64,000 nucleotides of DNA from Candidatus Flemingiibacterium merdigallinarum (GCA_904386005.1 CAJFKR010000003.1:7587-71586), one strand, 5' to 3'. Counted from the stretch's first letter, positions 45,873 through 56,489 are shown. Program-made: numbers and translations. The notes: generated by a model from the sequence alone, not told the origin.

Positions 45873-48218
45873 TCACACTACGGTCTTGAACCTGTCCGGC
45901 TTGTCGGCGGGGATAAATCTGAACGTAACCTTGCCGGTAAAGCGTCTGAAGGTCGTGCCGTCGTCGAGCTGCCAGCCTGCCTCGGCGACCAGCTCGCCGC
46001 GTGCGCCTTCGGGCAGCGATACCGTGTAGACAATACCGTCGCCGTCGCGTTTCCATTCGGCTTCGACGCGTCCGGCGGGCGCGTCATACGTGCCGGCAGC
46101 GTTGTCGAGCGACGATATGAACTTCGGCGCGAAGCGCAGCTCGTTCGCGTCGCACTCGTGCGGATTGACGTTTATGCCGACGAGATTCTTCATGAACCAC
46201 GAGATTATGTCTCCGAAGAAGTGGTGGTTGCGTGAATTCGGCGCGGCTTCGTCGAGACGGAAGTCCTCCCACAACGACGTCGCGCCGCAGGCGATTTCGT
46301 AGCCGTAGGACGGGAACTCGGGCTTTGTTATCAGATGATATGCCAGCTCCGAGTAGCCGAACGCCGACAGTACATGGAAGATAACGCGCAGACCGAGGAT
46401 TCCGCAGGTGAACGAGCCGCCGTCCTCCTCGATGAGCTCGACCAGCTTCTTCGCGGCGAGCGGCTTCTCGGCGGGGTCGAATACGTCATAGAATATCGCC
46501 ATCGCCTGTGTGGTCTGGCAGCGGCCGAGCGCGGTCAACGTATTTTGGTCGATGAGGTAGCGGCGCGCGCTCGTGCGCAGCTCATTGTATATCGTGTCGG
46601 CGAATGCCTTCTGCGCGGTCATACCGAGCACCTCAAAGAGCTTCGATGCCTTCTTGCAGATGTCCATGCAGATGACAGTGTCGGTGAACTCGAGCGGAGC
46701 CTGTACGCGTCCGTCGCGAGCGGCGGGGCACCAGTCGCCGAGACCGATGTGGACGAGTCCCTTGTCGTCACGGCGCAGACTGATGTAGTTGATATAGCGG
46801 AAAATCGCGGTCGCGTTTTCCTTTGCGACGGTAGCGTCACCGCGGTAGAGCCAGGTGAAATAGGGCAGGTCGGTGAGCACCTGATCCCAGGCCGGTCCGT
46901 TGCCCCACGCGAAGCCCCAGCCGGACGTCGGGATAATGCCCGGAATCGCGCCGTCCTGATTCATCGACGCGCGGATGTTATTAAGCCACTCGCGCCAGTT
47001 GCGTTCGGGAGTCAGCGCGGTGATCATCTGCTCGCTCGACAATGCCGCGTCGCCGGTCCAGCCGTTCTTTTCGCGGTGCGGACAGTCGGTCGGGAAGTGG
47101 TAGAAGTTCGCGAGGTCGGAGACGATGATGATATCCCAGAGCTTGTTCGCGACCTCATCCGAGCAGGAGAATTCGGCGCGAGGCTTGAGCGACGTGTTCA
47201 TGACGACATAGGTCAGCAGCTCGGGCACCGCCTGCGACGCGTCAACTCCGCAGACGAGACAGTACTGGAAGCCGTGATAGGTGAAGCTCGGCATATACAC
47301 CTCGTCCTCGAGTCCGCGGCAGATGTAGATGTCGGTGTGATTGTATCGCAGCGGCAAAAACGACATTCCGCGCATATCAAGTCCGCCGTCGTCGGCGAGC
47401 TTTTCGCCAAACTGCAAGACTATCTTCTGACCCGGACGGGCGTTCTTGATGTGCAGTCGGCAGAGACCGGCGGCGTTGACGCCGAAGTCGTATATGTAGC
47501 CCTCGCGTTTTTCATCGTCCGGAATCGGCACTACCGGCAGATTCGAGCGGATATTCGGGTTCAGCGATACCTTGCCCGGCTTAATCGAGACCGGAGCCAA
47601 TTCCTTGGTCGGCAGGATCGGGTCGACGTCGCAGAGCCGGCACTCGCCGCGCGGAGTCTCTGCCGATATCGGCGCGCGCCAGTCGGACGCGTCGTAGTCG
47701 GGGGTCGACCAGCCGTCACGGTTGATACGGGCGTCGTAGAACTCGCCGACGCGCGTGTCGTCGAGGATGATAGGCGAATCGGCGCAGATAAAGCCGTCGG
47801 CCGCGTCGAATTCTAACTTCGAGCCGTCCTTTGCGGTCGCCTCGAAGGTCAGCGCGAGCTTAGGCGCGCTTCTGTAGCGTGCGGTCTGGAAGTCCCAAAT
47901 CTCGCCGCCGAACGAGTTCAGCATACCGTTGCCGAGTATGACGCCGATTACATTCTTGCCGGTTTTGAGGTAGGGCAGGAGATTGTAATTGTCGTAGTAG
48001 AGTATGTCGTCGGGATTGGCAATGTACGAGGACAGCAGTCCGCGCGTTACGCGGCTGCCGTTTATGTAAAGCTCATATAAGCCGAGACCGCAGATGGTAA
48101 GCTCGGCGCTCTCGAGCTCGGACAGCGTTAGCTCTCGCCGGAACATCGGGGCGGGCACGCTATTTTCGAAGGTCGAGTATTCGGTCGACGCGGCTATGAA
48201 TTTAGTAGAAAATTTCAT
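45873..48218 (-). CDS. Alpha-L-rhamnosidase-like glycoside hydrolase (GH78-like), cytoplasmic
   Basis: 781 aa with no signal peptide. The N-terminal domain pattern is LGLYELYINGSRV...GKNVIGVILGNG, and the core motif is TDCPHREKNGWTGDA. AAAGGAAACG RBS. Confidence 0.7.
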   Translation of the reverse strand: MKFSTKFIAASTEYSTFENSVPAPMFRRELTLSELESAELTICGLGLYELYINGSRVTRGLLSSYIANPDDILYYDNYNLLPYLKTGKNVIGVILGNGMLNSFGGEIWDFQTARYRSAPKLALTFEATAKDGSKLEFDAADGFICADSPIILDDTRVGEFYDARINRDGWSTPDYDASDWRAPISAETPRGECRLCDVDPILPTKELAPVSIKPGKVSLNPNIRSNLPVVPIPDDEKREGYIYDFGVNAAGLCRLHIKNARPGQKIVLQFGEKLADDGGLDMRGMSFLPLRYNHTDIYICRGLEDEVYMPSFTYHGFQYCLVCGVDASQAVPELLTYVVMNTSLKPRAEFSCSDEVANKLWDIIIVSDLANFYHFPTDCPHREKNGWTGDAALSSEQMITALTPERNWREWLNNIRASMNQDGAIPGIIPTSGWGFAWGNGPAWDQVLTDLPYFTWLYRGDATVAKENATAIFRYINYISLRRDDKGLVHIGLGDWCPAARDGRVQAPLEFTDTVICMDICKKASKLFEVLGMTAQKAFADTIYNELRTSARRYLIDQNTLTALGRCQTTQAMAIFYDVFDPAEKPLAAKKLVELIEEDGGSFTCGILGLRVIFHVLSAFGYSELAYHLITKPEFPSYGYEIACGATSLWEDFRLDEAAPNSRNHHFFGDIISWFMKNLVGINVNPHECDANELRFAPKFISSLDNAAGTYDAPAGRVEAEWKRDGDGIVYTVSLPEGARGELVAEAGWQLDDGTTFRRFTGKVTFRFIPADKPDRFKTVV

Positions 48219-48314
48219 GGCGTTTCCTTTCGTGAGTTGAATTTATGAGGTTTGCGCAAAGCCTGCGAATGCGCGAGGGGCGGCGCAAGCCTTAAGTGGA
48301 TTTATGCTGATTTA

Positions 48315-48343
48315 ATTATAATTTATAACGCCGCGATTGTCAA
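48315..48343 (-). promoter_or_regulatory. Exact-consensus sigmaA promoter of the GH78-like gene
   Basis: The minus strand reads TTGACA (48343-38), 17 nt, TATAAT (48320-15). Confidence 0.7.
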
Positions 48344-48360
48344 TAGAAAAATAAAATAAA

Positions 48361-48411
48361 CACGGAAATCGCAAAAATTTATCATTATACAGAAGATTTC
48401 GGATTTCCGTG
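48361..48411 (-). terminator. Probable terminator after the membrane-protein gene (long loop)
   Basis: 10-bp arms cacggaaatc / gatttccgtg. The minus-strand reading is followed by TTTTATTTTATTTTT. The ~30-nt loop lowers confidence. Confidence 0.45.
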
Positions 48412-48430
48412 CTATATATGGATGCGATAA

Positions 48431-49276
48431 TTATTCTATGGACGCGTCGGTATCAGCCGGTATATCTTTTACGGCATTCTCCGGTCTTGAGGCACCCGCG
48501 CAGAAGAGACGCGACAGGATGAATACCGCGAGAGCGCATTCGACCGCGTAATCGATATAGCTGTCAGAGCTTCCAATCAATAAAAGATCAGGCTGAATCA
48601 GAGCGGGCAGCGACGACGACAACAAAAGTATCGGTGCTGTCGTGGACGCGGCTAAAAATAGCGGTCGGCTGCTCTTCGATAACAGGAAACGCGACTCGTT
48701 GAGAAAATATACCATTGCTGCGAGCAGAGCGAGTTGGTGCAGAGTTTTGTGCGGATTCGTTATCAGCAGCGACGTGTCAAAATAAACTCGAATCAGAAGA
48801 ACCGCGCACCAGACTATCGGAAAGAAGGACATGAAAGCGAGCGTCGCGCGCGAATTCAGCTTGGTCTTAATCAGCGAAAGGAAGAATATGATCGCGGGTA
48901 TCGACGTTATGGTCATCAGCCAGTCGTAAATCGACGCGGGTTGACGACGTATCAGAATATAATATAATGAAAGAAGCGTGCTCGCGGCGAGCATGAACGC
49001 CGAGATACAGGACGCGAAAATCGTGAAGTCGCCGACCGGCGGGGGCGCGTCAAACGAACCGCGCTTCGATATCAGTATCGCGGCGGCGACTACGGCTATT
49101 ACGATTGCGAACAGCGCGATGTGATATACAGTCGGCAAAATCTCGCCGCTGCGGTAGACGCCGTAATGCGCGTCAAGATAATTCATTGTCAGCAATATTC
49201 GTATGCCGACCGACAGCAGCGATAAAATTAACACAGCGCAAAACAGCAGCATTATCGGACTCGGTTTTCTTTTCAT
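48431..49276 (-). CDS. Hypothetical polytopic membrane protein (~8 TM)
   Basis: 281 aa, hydrophobic throughout. I recognise no family motif. Confidence 0.6.
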   Translation of the reverse strand: MKRKPSPIMLLFCAVLILSLLSVGIRILLTMNYLDAHYGVYRSGEILPTVYHIALFAIVIAVVAAAILISKRGSFDAPPPVGDFTIFASCISAFMLAASTLLSLYYILIRRQPASIYDWLMTITSIPAIIFFLSLIKTKLNSRATLAFMSFFPIVWCAVLLIRVYFDTSLLITNPHKTLHQLALLAAMVYFLNESRFLLSKSSRPLFLAASTTAPILLLSSSLPALIQPDLLLIGSSDSYIDYAVECALAVFILSRLFCAGASRPENAVKDIPADTDASIE

Positions 49277-49318
49277 TTATATGACCATGACTTCGCCAAA
49301 ACGAAGTCTACCTCCTTT
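49277..49318 (-). promoter_or_regulatory. Leader motif copy B: SD, hairpin, and uORF MVI abutting the main ATG
   Basis: The minus strand reads AAAGGAGG (49318-11), ta, hairpin gacttcg-ttttgg-cgaagtc (49308-289), then ATGGTCATATAA (49288-77), followed directly by the ATG at 49276. The core is identical to copy A. Confidence 0.55.
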
Positions 49319-49617
49319 GTGTCGGTGCTTTGTGACCTCGAAGTCACAAAATTCATAGTCTTGATATCCATTTTCAGATTTATTCTTTTTTTCGCATATG
49401 CGGCGTTGATTTTTAGCCGCGGAGATGCCGTGACACTCCTACCATTATAACCCGTAATTGTTAATTCAATATTAACAAATTCAGATAACTGCGAAAAAAT
49501 CCCGAAAACGGCATAATAAATCGTGGGAATGTATGCGTGTGCGCATAATGCACAAAGCATAGGGCGAAAATGCGTATATATTCATCATTGATATCGAGGG
49601 ATTTTTTTCGAAAACTA

Positions 49618-49646
49618 TTGCAATTTGCGGGAATTTGAGTTATAAT
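49618..49646 (+). promoter_or_regulatory. S10 operon promoter
   Basis: TTGCAA (49618-23), 17 nt, TATAAT (49641-46). Confidence 0.7.
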
Positions 49647-49776
49647 ATAGTAGTTGACGTGCGTTTTATGGTGAAAGGTTGCGACCGCAGCCGGTCGGGA
49701 ATTTTCACCGGAGTATGTCCGATATTCTAACCGGGCGTTGTCAAATCAGATTCCGCGCGGGGCGTTGGTTCAGAGT

Positions 49777-49807
49777 CCGTATTTCGGCTGAAAATACGGT
49801 TTTTATT
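49777..49807 (+). terminator. Terminator-like attenuator hairpin inside the S10 leader
   Basis: Stem ccgtattt / aaatacgg with loop cggctga, followed by TTTTTaTT. It lies ~80 nt upstream of the rpsJ ATG. Confidence 0.6.
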
Positions 49808-49884
49808 AAGCTGAGCTAAGAAACGCCCGACGCAGTGTTTCGTGAAAACCGCCCCCGAAAATCAGATTAAGGAGGCAAAAAAAC

Positions 49885-50196
49885 ATGGCAGTCAAGGAAA
49901 AAATCAGAATCCGCCTGAAAAGCTACGACCATATGCTCATCGATCAGGCAGCTCAGAAGATCGTCGAGACCGCGAAGCGCAACGACGCCGCCGTATCCGG
50001 CCCGATTCCGCTTCCGACCGAGAAGGAAATCATCACGATCCTGCGTGCCGTCCACAAATACAAGGACAGCCGCGAGCAGTTTGAACTGAGAACTCACAAG
50101 AGACTCATCGATGTGCTCCGTCCGTCGCAGAAGACAGTCGAGGCTCTGATGGGACTTGAATTACCCGCCGGCGTCGAGATAGAGATTAAGCTCTGA
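49885..50196 (+). CDS. rpsJ: 30S ribosomal protein S10
   Basis: [37 protein letters not shown]. First gene of the cluster. Confidence 0.98.
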   Translation: MAVKEKIRIRLKSYDHMLIDQAAQKIVETAKRNDAAVSGPIPLPTEKEIITILRAVHKYKDSREQFELRTHKRLIDVLRPSQKTVEALMGLELPAGVEIEIKL

Positions 50197-50290
50197 TCGA
50201 CCGGGCAAACCAAAGGTCATGTTGGCGGTCTGCGGAAGCTAAAGCCCGCAAATCCAAGCCGTCAACCAATAATCTTAGGAGGAAAAACAA

Positions 50291-50923
50291 ATGAAAAAGG
50301 GAATTATCGGTCGCAAGGTCGGCATGACGCAGATCTTCGACGATATCGGAAACGTGATTCCGGTAACTGTAATTGAAGCCGGACCCTGCGTTGTCGTTCA
50401 GAAGAAAACTACTGAAAACGACGGCTACGACGCGGTTCAGCTCGGATTCGGCGCGGTCAAGGAAAAGCACCTGACCAAAGCCGATATGGGTCACTTCAAG
50501 AAGGCCGGAGTCGACAACAAGAAGCATCTCAAGGAATTCCGTCTTGAGGGCGCAGCCGCTATGAACGTCGGTGACACGATTACCGCCGATACCTTCGCCG
50601 CCGGCGAAAAGGTCGATGTAACCGGTACATCTAAAGGTCACGGATATTCGGGCGCCGTCAAGAGATGGGGTCACCATATTCTGCGCATGACTCACGGTAC
50701 CGGTCCTGTCCACCGTCAGGTCGGTTCGATGGGCGCGAACTCCACTCCGTCGAGAGTGTATAAGAACAAGAAGATGGCCGGACAGTACGGCAACGTCAAG
50801 TCCACAGTCCTCAATCTCGAGGTCGTTAAGGTTGACGCTGAAAAGAATATCATCGCGGTCAAGGGCGCCGTTCCGGGCTCCCGCGGAAATATCGTATTCC
50901 TCCGCGATTCGGTAAAAGCATAA
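50291..50923 (+). CDS. rplC: 50S ribosomal protein L3
   Basis: [13 protein letters not shown]. Position in the operon. Confidence 0.98.
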   Translation: MKKGIIGRKVGMTQIFDDIGNVIPVTVIEAGPCVVVQKKTTENDGYDAVQLGFGAVKEKHLTKADMGHFKKAGVDNKKHLKEFRLEGAAAMNVGDTITADTFAAGEKVDVTGTSKGHGYSGAVKRWGHHILRMTHGTGPVHRQVGSMGANSTPSRVYKNKKMAGQYGNVKSTVLNLEVVKVDAEKNIIAVKGAVPGSRGNIVFLRDSVKA

Positions 50924-50942
50924 TCGGAAGGAGGAAATCAAT

Positions 50943-51566
50943 ATGCCTAACATGAAGGTTATGGATATGACCGGCAAGGAAGTCGGCGAGATCACTCTGT
51001 CCGACGCTGTGTTCGGTGCCGAGGTTAACGCCGCGGTTCTCCATCTCGCGGTAAGACAGTATCTTGCCAACCAGAGACAGGGTACACAGTCGACAAAGAC
51101 CCGCACCGAGGTTTCGGGCGGCGGCAGAAAGCCCTGGAAGCAGAAAGGCACCGGTCACGCAAGACAGGGTTCGACCCGTTCTCCGCAGTGGACACACGGC
51201 GGCGTAGCGCTCGGACCGAAGCCCAGAAGCTATCGTTTCTCGATAAATAAGAAGGTCAAGAGAATCGCGCTCCAGAGCGCGTTTTCCTCCAAGGTCGAGA
51301 CCGGCGACATGATCGTCGTCGACGCAATCACGGCCTCGGAATACAAGACAAAAACCATGGTCAATATGCTCAAGGCTCTCGGCAGCGAAAAGAAGGCTCT
51401 CGTAGTTCTCGCTGACAACGACTTAAAGGTAACAAAGAGCATGGCAAACATCCCGGGCGTCAAGACCGCGCTCTGGAACACGGTAAACGTTTATGACGTA
51501 CTCAACTGCGATAAGTTCATCGTAGTCAAGGGTGCGGCTGAGAAAATGGAGGAGGTATACGCATGA
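50943..51566 (+). CDS. rplD: 50S ribosomal protein L4
   Basis: RQGTQSTKTRTEVSGGGRKPWKQKGTGHARQGS. Confidence 0.98.
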   Translation: MPNMKVMDMTGKEVGEITLSDAVFGAEVNAAVLHLAVRQYLANQRQGTQSTKTRTEVSGGGRKPWKQKGTGHARQGSTRSPQWTHGGVALGPKPRSYRFSINKKVKRIALQSAFSSKVETGDMIVVDAITASEYKTKTMVNMLKALGSEKKALVVLADNDLKVTKSMANIPGVKTALWNTVNVYDVLNCDKFIVVKGAAEKMEEVYA

Positions 51567-51856
51567 AGACGGTACATGATATCATCATAAGACCGGTCAT
51601 CACCGAGGACAGCATGGCAAGATGTGCTGACAAGAAATATACCTTCGAGGTAATGGCAGGCGCGACCAAGTCCGAAATCGCCGCCGCGGTTGAGGAGCTC
51701 TTCAAGGTCAGCGTATTATGCGTAAACACGATATCAATGAAAAAGAAGCCGAAGAGACTCGGTTATCATCAGGGTTACACCTCTGAGTGGAAAAAGGCTA
51801 TAGTCACTCTCAAGCCCGATTCCAAGACCATCGAGTTCTTTGAAGGCATGATGTAA
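51563..51856 (+). CDS. rplW: 50S ribosomal protein L23
   Basis: [12 protein letters not shown]. Overlaps the rplD stop by 4 nt. Confidence 0.97.
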   Translation: MKTVHDIIIRPVITEDSMARCADKKYTFEVMAGATKSEIAAAVEELFKVSVLCVNTISMKKKPKRLGYHQGYTSEWKKAIVTLKPDSKTIEFFEGMM

Positions 51857-51873
51857 TCGAGGAGGAGTGCAAA

Positions 51874-52704
51874 ATGTCTACAGCTTACAAGCCCACGACT
51901 CCGTCAAGACGACACATGAGCGATCCTTCCTTTGCTGAAGTCACAAAGTTCAGCCCTGAGAAGAATCTGACTGTAATTCTCAAGAAGACCTCCGGACGCA
52001 ACAGCTACGGTAAGATCACCGTGCGTCACATCGGCGGTCGCAACAAGAGAAAGTACAGAATCATAGACTTCAAGAGAAACACGCTCGATAAGGCGGCTCG
52101 GGTCATCGGAATCGAATACGATCCGAACCGCACCGCGTATATCGCTCTCGTAGAGTATGAAGACGGCACAAGAAGCTATATTATCGCACCCGCGGGACTC
52201 AAGGACGGCGACGTCATTTACTCGGGCGCCGAGTCGGACATCAAGATCGGCAACACTCTGCCGGTCGCGAATATTCCCGTCGGTACTTTCATTCACAATA
52301 TCGAGCTTTATCCCGGCAAGGGCGCGCAGCTTGTACGCAGCGCCGGCGCGGCCGCTCAGCTGATGGCTAAGGAAAACGGAATGGCTCAGGTCAGACTTCC
52401 CTCCGGTGAGGTCAGAATCATCCGCCTCGACTGCAAGGCGACTATCGGTCAGGTCGGCAACATCGAGCATGAGAACGTCAAGCTCGGTAAGGCTGGTAAG
52501 ACTCGTCACAAGGGCATCCGTCCTCATGTCCGCGGTTCGGTCATGAACCCGGTTGACCACCCGCACGGTGGTGGTGAGGGACGCGCTCCGATCGGTCGTC
52601 CGTCTCCTGTTACTCCGTGGGGCAAGCCTACGAACGGTTACAAGACCAGAGACAAGAAGGCTCGCACCAATAAGTTCATCGTAAAGTCAAGAAACGGTAA
52701 GTAA
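51874..52704 (+). CDS. rplB: 50S ribosomal protein L2
   Basis: [10 protein letters not shown] ... [18 protein letters not shown]. Confidence 0.98.
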   Translation: MSTAYKPTTPSRRHMSDPSFAEVTKFSPEKNLTVILKKTSGRNSYGKITVRHIGGRNKRKYRIIDFKRNTLDKAARVIGIEYDPNRTAYIALVEYEDGTRSYIIAPAGLKDGDVIYSGAESDIKIGNTLPVANIPVGTFIHNIELYPGKGAQLVRSAGAAAQLMAKENGMAQVRLPSGEVRIIRLDCKATIGQVGNIEHENVKLGKAGKTRHKGIRPHVRGSVMNPVDHPHGGGEGRAPIGRPSPVTPWGKPTNGYKTRDKKARTNKFIVKSRNGK

Positions 52705-52723
52705 GAGAAGGAGGCACAGTCAA

Positions 52724-53005
52724 ATGAGCAGAAGTCTTAAAAAGGGTCCTTTCGTCGAAAAGAAGCTTTTTGACAGAATAGAAGCCATGAATCAGAAGAA
52801 CGAGAAGAAGGTTCTTAAGACATGGTCGCGTGCTTCTACAATCTTCCCGGAATTCGTCGGTCACACCATAGCCGTTCACGACGGTCGCAAGCACGTTCCG
52901 GTATATGTCACCGAGGACATGGTCGGACACAAGCTCGGCGAGTTCGCGCCCACGCGTACCTTTAAGGGTCACTCGGGCTCGAAGACCTCGAACAACGGCA
53001 ACTGA
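52724..53005 (+). CDS. rpsS: 30S ribosomal protein S19
   Basis: [11 protein letters not shown] ... [16 protein letters not shown]. Confidence 0.98.
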   Translation: MSRSLKKGPFVEKKLFDRIEAMNQKNEKKVLKTWSRASTIFPEFVGHTIAVHDGRKHVPVYVTEDMVGHKLGEFAPTRTFKGHSGSKTSNNGN

Positions 53006-53057
53006 TATTGAATTCCACACTGTATATCGCAATAACGCGAAGGGAGGATAACGTACA

Positions 53058-53402
53058 ATGGAAGCAAAGGTAGCGCGTGCATATCTCCGGTATGCCAGAA
53101 TTTCTCCTCGCAAGGTTAAGATCGTGCTCGATCTTATCAGAGGCAAGGACGCGGCAACCGCAATGGCTATTCTCAAAAATACCCCCAAGAGCGCGTCCGA
53201 ATATCTCGTAAAGCTGCTCGCGAGCGCGGTAGCTAACGCTGAGAACAATTTCGGAATGGACGTCTCGAAGCTTTATGTTTCGGAATGCTTTGTATCCGCC
53301 GGTCCGACTCTCAAGAGAATCATGCCGAGAGCACGGGGCAGAGCGTTCAGAATCATGAAGAGAACCAGCCATGTAACACTGGCGGTCAAGGAAAAAGAAT
53401 AA
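53058..53402 (+). CDS. rplV: 50S ribosomal protein L22
   Basis: [18 protein letters not shown] ... [13 protein letters not shown]. Confidence 0.97.
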   Translation: MEAKVARAYLRYARISPRKVKIVLDLIRGKDAATAMAILKNTPKSASEYLVKLLASAVANAENNFGMDVSKLYVSECFVSAGPTLKRIMPRARGRAFRIMKRTSHVTLAVKEKE

Positions 53403-53428
53403 TCCGAAAAGGAGGTTTTGCACAGGTT

Positions 53429-54226
53429 ATGGGTCAGAAAGTTAATCCGCACGGTTTACGTGTCGGTGTTATAAAGAACTGGGATTCGAGATGGTACGTG
53501 CGCGACGAAGAGTTCAGCGACACGCTCGTCAACGACTACAATCTCAGAAAATATTTGAAAAACAAGCTTCAGGCGGCCGGCGTTCCGAAGATCGAAATCG
53601 AACGCGACAGCCAGAAGGTAAGAGTGTTCATCCACTGCGCTAAGCCCGGCGTGATCATCGGCAAGGGCGGCGCTGAGATCGAAAAGCTCAGACTCGAAAT
53701 CGAGTCTATCGTAAAGAAGCCGGTATCGGTCAACGTAATCGAGGTCAGAAGCCCCGATCTCTCGGCACAGCTCGTAGCTGAGAACATCGCGAGCCAGCTC
53801 GAGCGCAGAATTTCGTTCCGCCGCGCAATGAAGCAGTGCATCGGCAGAACAATCAAGCTCGGAGCTAAGGGAATCAAGGTAAGCTGCGGCGGACGTCTCG
53901 GCGGCGCCGAGATCGCGCGCACCGAGCACTATCATGAAGGTACGATTCCGCTTCAGACTCTCCGTGCCGACATCGACTACGGTTTCTATGAAGCAAATAC
54001 GACCTACGGTAAGATCGGAATCAAGGTCTGGATTTACAAGGGCGAGATTCTGAACGGCGCGGCAGCGAGAATCGCGGTTGAACAGCCGAAGCCTCCGAAG
54101 TCGAACGACAGAGGTGACAGAGGCGACCGTCGTGATCGCCGTGACCGTCGTCCGAGAGGCGACCGCGGATCGCGTGAAAACCGCGAGCCCAGAGAAGATC
54201 GCAATTCCGGCAGAAAGGAGCAGTAA
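53429..54226 (+). CDS. rpsC: 30S ribosomal protein S3 with a C-terminal Arg/Asp-rich extension
   Basis: GGAGG precedes the ATG at 53429 ([13 protein letters not shown]). The tracked start at 53285 overlaps rplV. The tail is [43 protein letters not shown]. Confidence 0.96.
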   Translation: MGQKVNPHGLRVGVIKNWDSRWYVRDEEFSDTLVNDYNLRKYLKNKLQAAGVPKIEIERDSQKVRVFIHCAKPGVIIGKGGAEIEKLRLEIESIVKKPVSVNVIEVRSPDLSAQLVAENIASQLERRISFRRAMKQCIGRTIKLGAKGIKVSCGGRLGGAEIARTEHYHEGTIPLQTLRADIDYGFYEANTTYGKIGIKVWIYKGEILNGAAARIAVEQPKPPKSNDRGDRGDRRDRRDRRPRGDRGSRENREPREDRNSGRKEQ

Positions 54227-54231
54227 TCACC

Positions 54232-54663
54232 ATGTTAATGCCTAAAAGAGTGAAGTACAGACGTGTTCAGCGCGGCAGACTTAAGGGTAAGGCTTCGCGC
54301 GGCAACACCATCAGCAACGGCACCTATGGTCTTGTTGCTCTTGAGCCGGCATGGATCACGTCGAACCAGATCGAGGCAGCCCGTATCGCGATGACGCGTT
54401 ATATCAAGCGTGGCGGTCAGGTTTGGATCAAGATATTCCCGGATAAGCCGGTGACCGAAAAGCCGGCTGAAACCCGAATGGGTTCCGGTAAAGGTTCGCC
54501 TGAGTACTGGGTAGCAGTCGTTAAGCCGGGACGCGTTCTCTTTGAGATGGACGGCATCGACGAGACGACCGCGCGTGAGGCTATGCGTCTCGCAGGTCAC
54601 AAGCTTCCGATAAAGACGAAGTTTATGGCAAAAGAAACAGCGAAGAGCGAAGGGGAGGAATAA
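54232..54663 (+). CDS. rplP: 50S ribosomal protein L16
   Basis: [15 protein letters not shown] ... [19 protein letters not shown]. Confidence 0.98.
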   Translation: MLMPKRVKYRRVQRGRLKGKASRGNTISNGTYGLVALEPAWITSNQIEAARIAMTRYIKRGGQVWIKIFPDKPVTEKPAETRMGSGKGSPEYWVAVVKPGRVLFEMDGIDETTAREAMRLAGHKLPIKTKFMAKETAKSEGEE

Positions 54664-54666
54664 GCC

Positions 54667-54855
54667 GTGAAAGCCAAGGAATTAAGAGACATGACCGGCG
54701 ACGAGCTCAACGCCAAATTGAAGGAGCTCAAGAACGAGCTTTTCAATCTCCGCTTCCAGCACGCTATAAATCAGCTTGACAATCCCCACAAGATCGTGGA
54801 CGTCAAGCGTGACATTGCGCGTGTAATGACAATTCTTCAAGAGAAGAATGCTTGA
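54667..54855 (+). CDS. rpmC: 50S ribosomal protein L29
   Basis: ELRDMTGDELNAKLKELKNELFNLRFQ. GTG start. Confidence 0.95.
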   Translation: MKAKELRDMTGDELNAKLKELKNELFNLRFQHAINQLDNPHKIVDVKRDIARVMTILQEKNA

Positions 54856-54875
54856 GTTAAGGAAGGAGAAAAGTC

Positions 54876-55142
54876 ATGAGTGAAGCAGCAGAGCGCAATC
54901 TGAGAAAGACCCGCGTAGGCATGGTTGTCAGCGACAAGATGGACAAGACGGCAGTCGTCGCAATCCTCGACAATGTCAAGCACCCGATCTACGGCAAGGT
55001 CATCAAGCGTACTGTCAAGATCCACGTTCACGATGAAAAGAATGAATGCGGCGTCGGCGACAAGGTCAGCGTAATGGAGACAAGACCTCTTTCCAAGACC
55101 AAGAGATGGCGTCTTGTCGAAATCATCGAAAAAGCAAAATAA
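54876..55142 (+). CDS. rpsQ: 30S ribosomal protein S17
   Basis: [19 protein letters not shown] ... [16 protein letters not shown]. Confidence 0.97.
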   Translation: MSEAAERNLRKTRVGMVVSDKMDKTAVVAILDNVKHPIYGKVIKRTVKIHVHDEKNECGVGDKVSVMETRPLSKTKRWRLVEIIEKAK

Positions 55143-55206
55143 TCGATTAAAGGCTTATAAATAAGTAGGCACGTCGCTGCGTGCCGAAGCAAGGAGGATA
55201 AGCACT

Positions 55207-55575
55207 GTGATACAGCAACAGACATTAATGAAGGTTGCCGATAATACAGGCGCTAAGGAGCTGATGTGCATCCGCGTGATCGGAGGCACCGCTCGCCGGT
55301 ACGCCAACATAGGCGATATCGTGATTTGCGCTGTAAAAAAAGCAACGCCCGGCGGCGTTGTAAAAAAAGGCGAAGTAGTCAAGGCTGTCGTTGTCAGAAG
55401 CGTCAAGGGACTTAAGCGTGCCGACGGTTCTTACATCAAGTTTGACGAGAACGCGGCGGTAATCATTAAGGACGACAAGACCCCGAGAGGAACTCGTATT
55501 TTTGGCCCGGTGGCAAGAGAGCTTCGTGAAGGCGACTACCTGAAGATTCTCTCCCTCGCACCCGAAGTATTATAA
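55207..55575 (+). CDS. rplN: 50S ribosomal protein L14
   Basis: [27 protein letters not shown] start after AAGGAGG. Confidence 0.98.
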   Translation: MIQQQTLMKVADNTGAKELMCIRVIGGTARRYANIGDIVICAVKKATPGGVVKKGEVVKAVVVRSVKGLKRADGSYIKFDENAAVIIKDDKTPRGTRIFGPVARELREGDYLKILSLAPEVL

Positions 55576-55591
55576 TAGGAGGTATCTTAAA

Positions 55592-55912
55592 ATGAATAAA
55601 CAGGTTCACGTTAAGAAAGACGATACCGTTATTGTAATTTCCGGCGACGACAAGGGCAAGAAAGGCAAGGTTCTTGAGGTTTCACCGAAAGAGGGCAAGG
55701 TCATCGTCCAGGGAATCAATATCGTAACCAAGCACGCAAAGCCCCGCCGTCAGGGCGAGCAGGGCGGAATCGTCAAGGTTGAAGGCGCTATGTATGCCGA
55801 CAAGGTGCAGCTCTACTGCGCAAAGTGCGACAAGGGCGTGCGCGCCAAGGCAAAAATCCTTGACGACGGCAAGAAAGTCCGCGTTTGCGCAAAATGCGGC
55901 GAAATTCTGTGA
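55592..55912 (+). CDS. rplX: 50S ribosomal protein L24
   Basis: VKKDDTVIVISGDDKGKKGKVLEV (KOW motif). Confidence 0.97.
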   Translation: MNKQVHVKKDDTVIVISGDDKGKKGKVLEVSPKEGKVIVQGINIVTKHAKPRRQGEQGGIVKVEGAMYADKVQLYCAKCDKGVRAKAKILDDGKKVRVCAKCGEIL

Positions 55913-55930
55913 GTGGGAGGATAACGAATC

Positions 55931-56470
55931 ATGGCAAGACTTAAGGATTTATACAAGAATGACGTCGCTCCCGCGCTCATGAAGAAGTTCGCCTACAAGA
56001 GCCCGATGCAGATTCCGAAGCTCGACAAGATCGTCGTAAACGTCGGCTGCGGCGACGCTAAGGAAAACGCTAAGGTAATCGACACGGTTATAGGCGAAAT
56101 CACTACGATCACCGGTCAGAGGGCGGTTCCGACCTACGCTAAGAAGTCGGTCGCTAACTTCAAGCTCCGTCAGGGCATGAAGATCGGCGTTAAGGTCACT
56201 CTCCGCGGCGACAGAATGTACGAGTTCATGGACAGACTCTTCAACTTCTCGCTGCCGCGTGTCCGCGACTTCAAGGGTATCAACCCGAACGCGTTCGACG
56301 GACGCGGCAACTATTCGCTCGGACTCAAGGAGCAGCTGATATTCCCCGAAATCGAGTATGACAAGATCGACAAGATCCGCGGTATGGACATCGCGTTCGT
56401 CACCACCGCAAATACCGACGAGGAAGCAAGAGAGCTGCTCACATTGATGGGCGCGCCGTTCGCGAAATAA
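55931..56470 (+). CDS. rplE: 50S ribosomal protein L5
   Basis: [19 protein letters not shown] ... [10 protein letters not shown]. Confidence 0.98.
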   Translation: MARLKDLYKNDVAPALMKKFAYKSPMQIPKLDKIVVNVGCGDAKENAKVIDTVIGEITTITGQRAVPTYAKKSVANFKLRQGMKIGVKVTLRGDRMYEFMDRLFNFSLPRVRDFKGINPNAFDGRGNYSLGLKEQLIFPEIEYDKIDKIRGMDIAFVTTANTDEEARELLTLMGAPFAK

Positions 56471-56489
56471 GGAGGAGAGTTATTAAGTC

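Noticed and set aside
46335-47816. 493-aa plus-strand ORF antisense to the GH78-like gene
   Set aside because: Shadow ORF with low-complexity R/A/V/G composition. The minus strand carries the conserved rhamnosidase-like motifs.
49273-49560. 95-aa minus-strand ORF upstream of the membrane-protein gene
   Set aside because: The region is AT-rich and the ORF has no SD. It runs through the conserved SD-hairpin-uORF leader in a different frame. It is more likely non-coding leader or promoter sequence.
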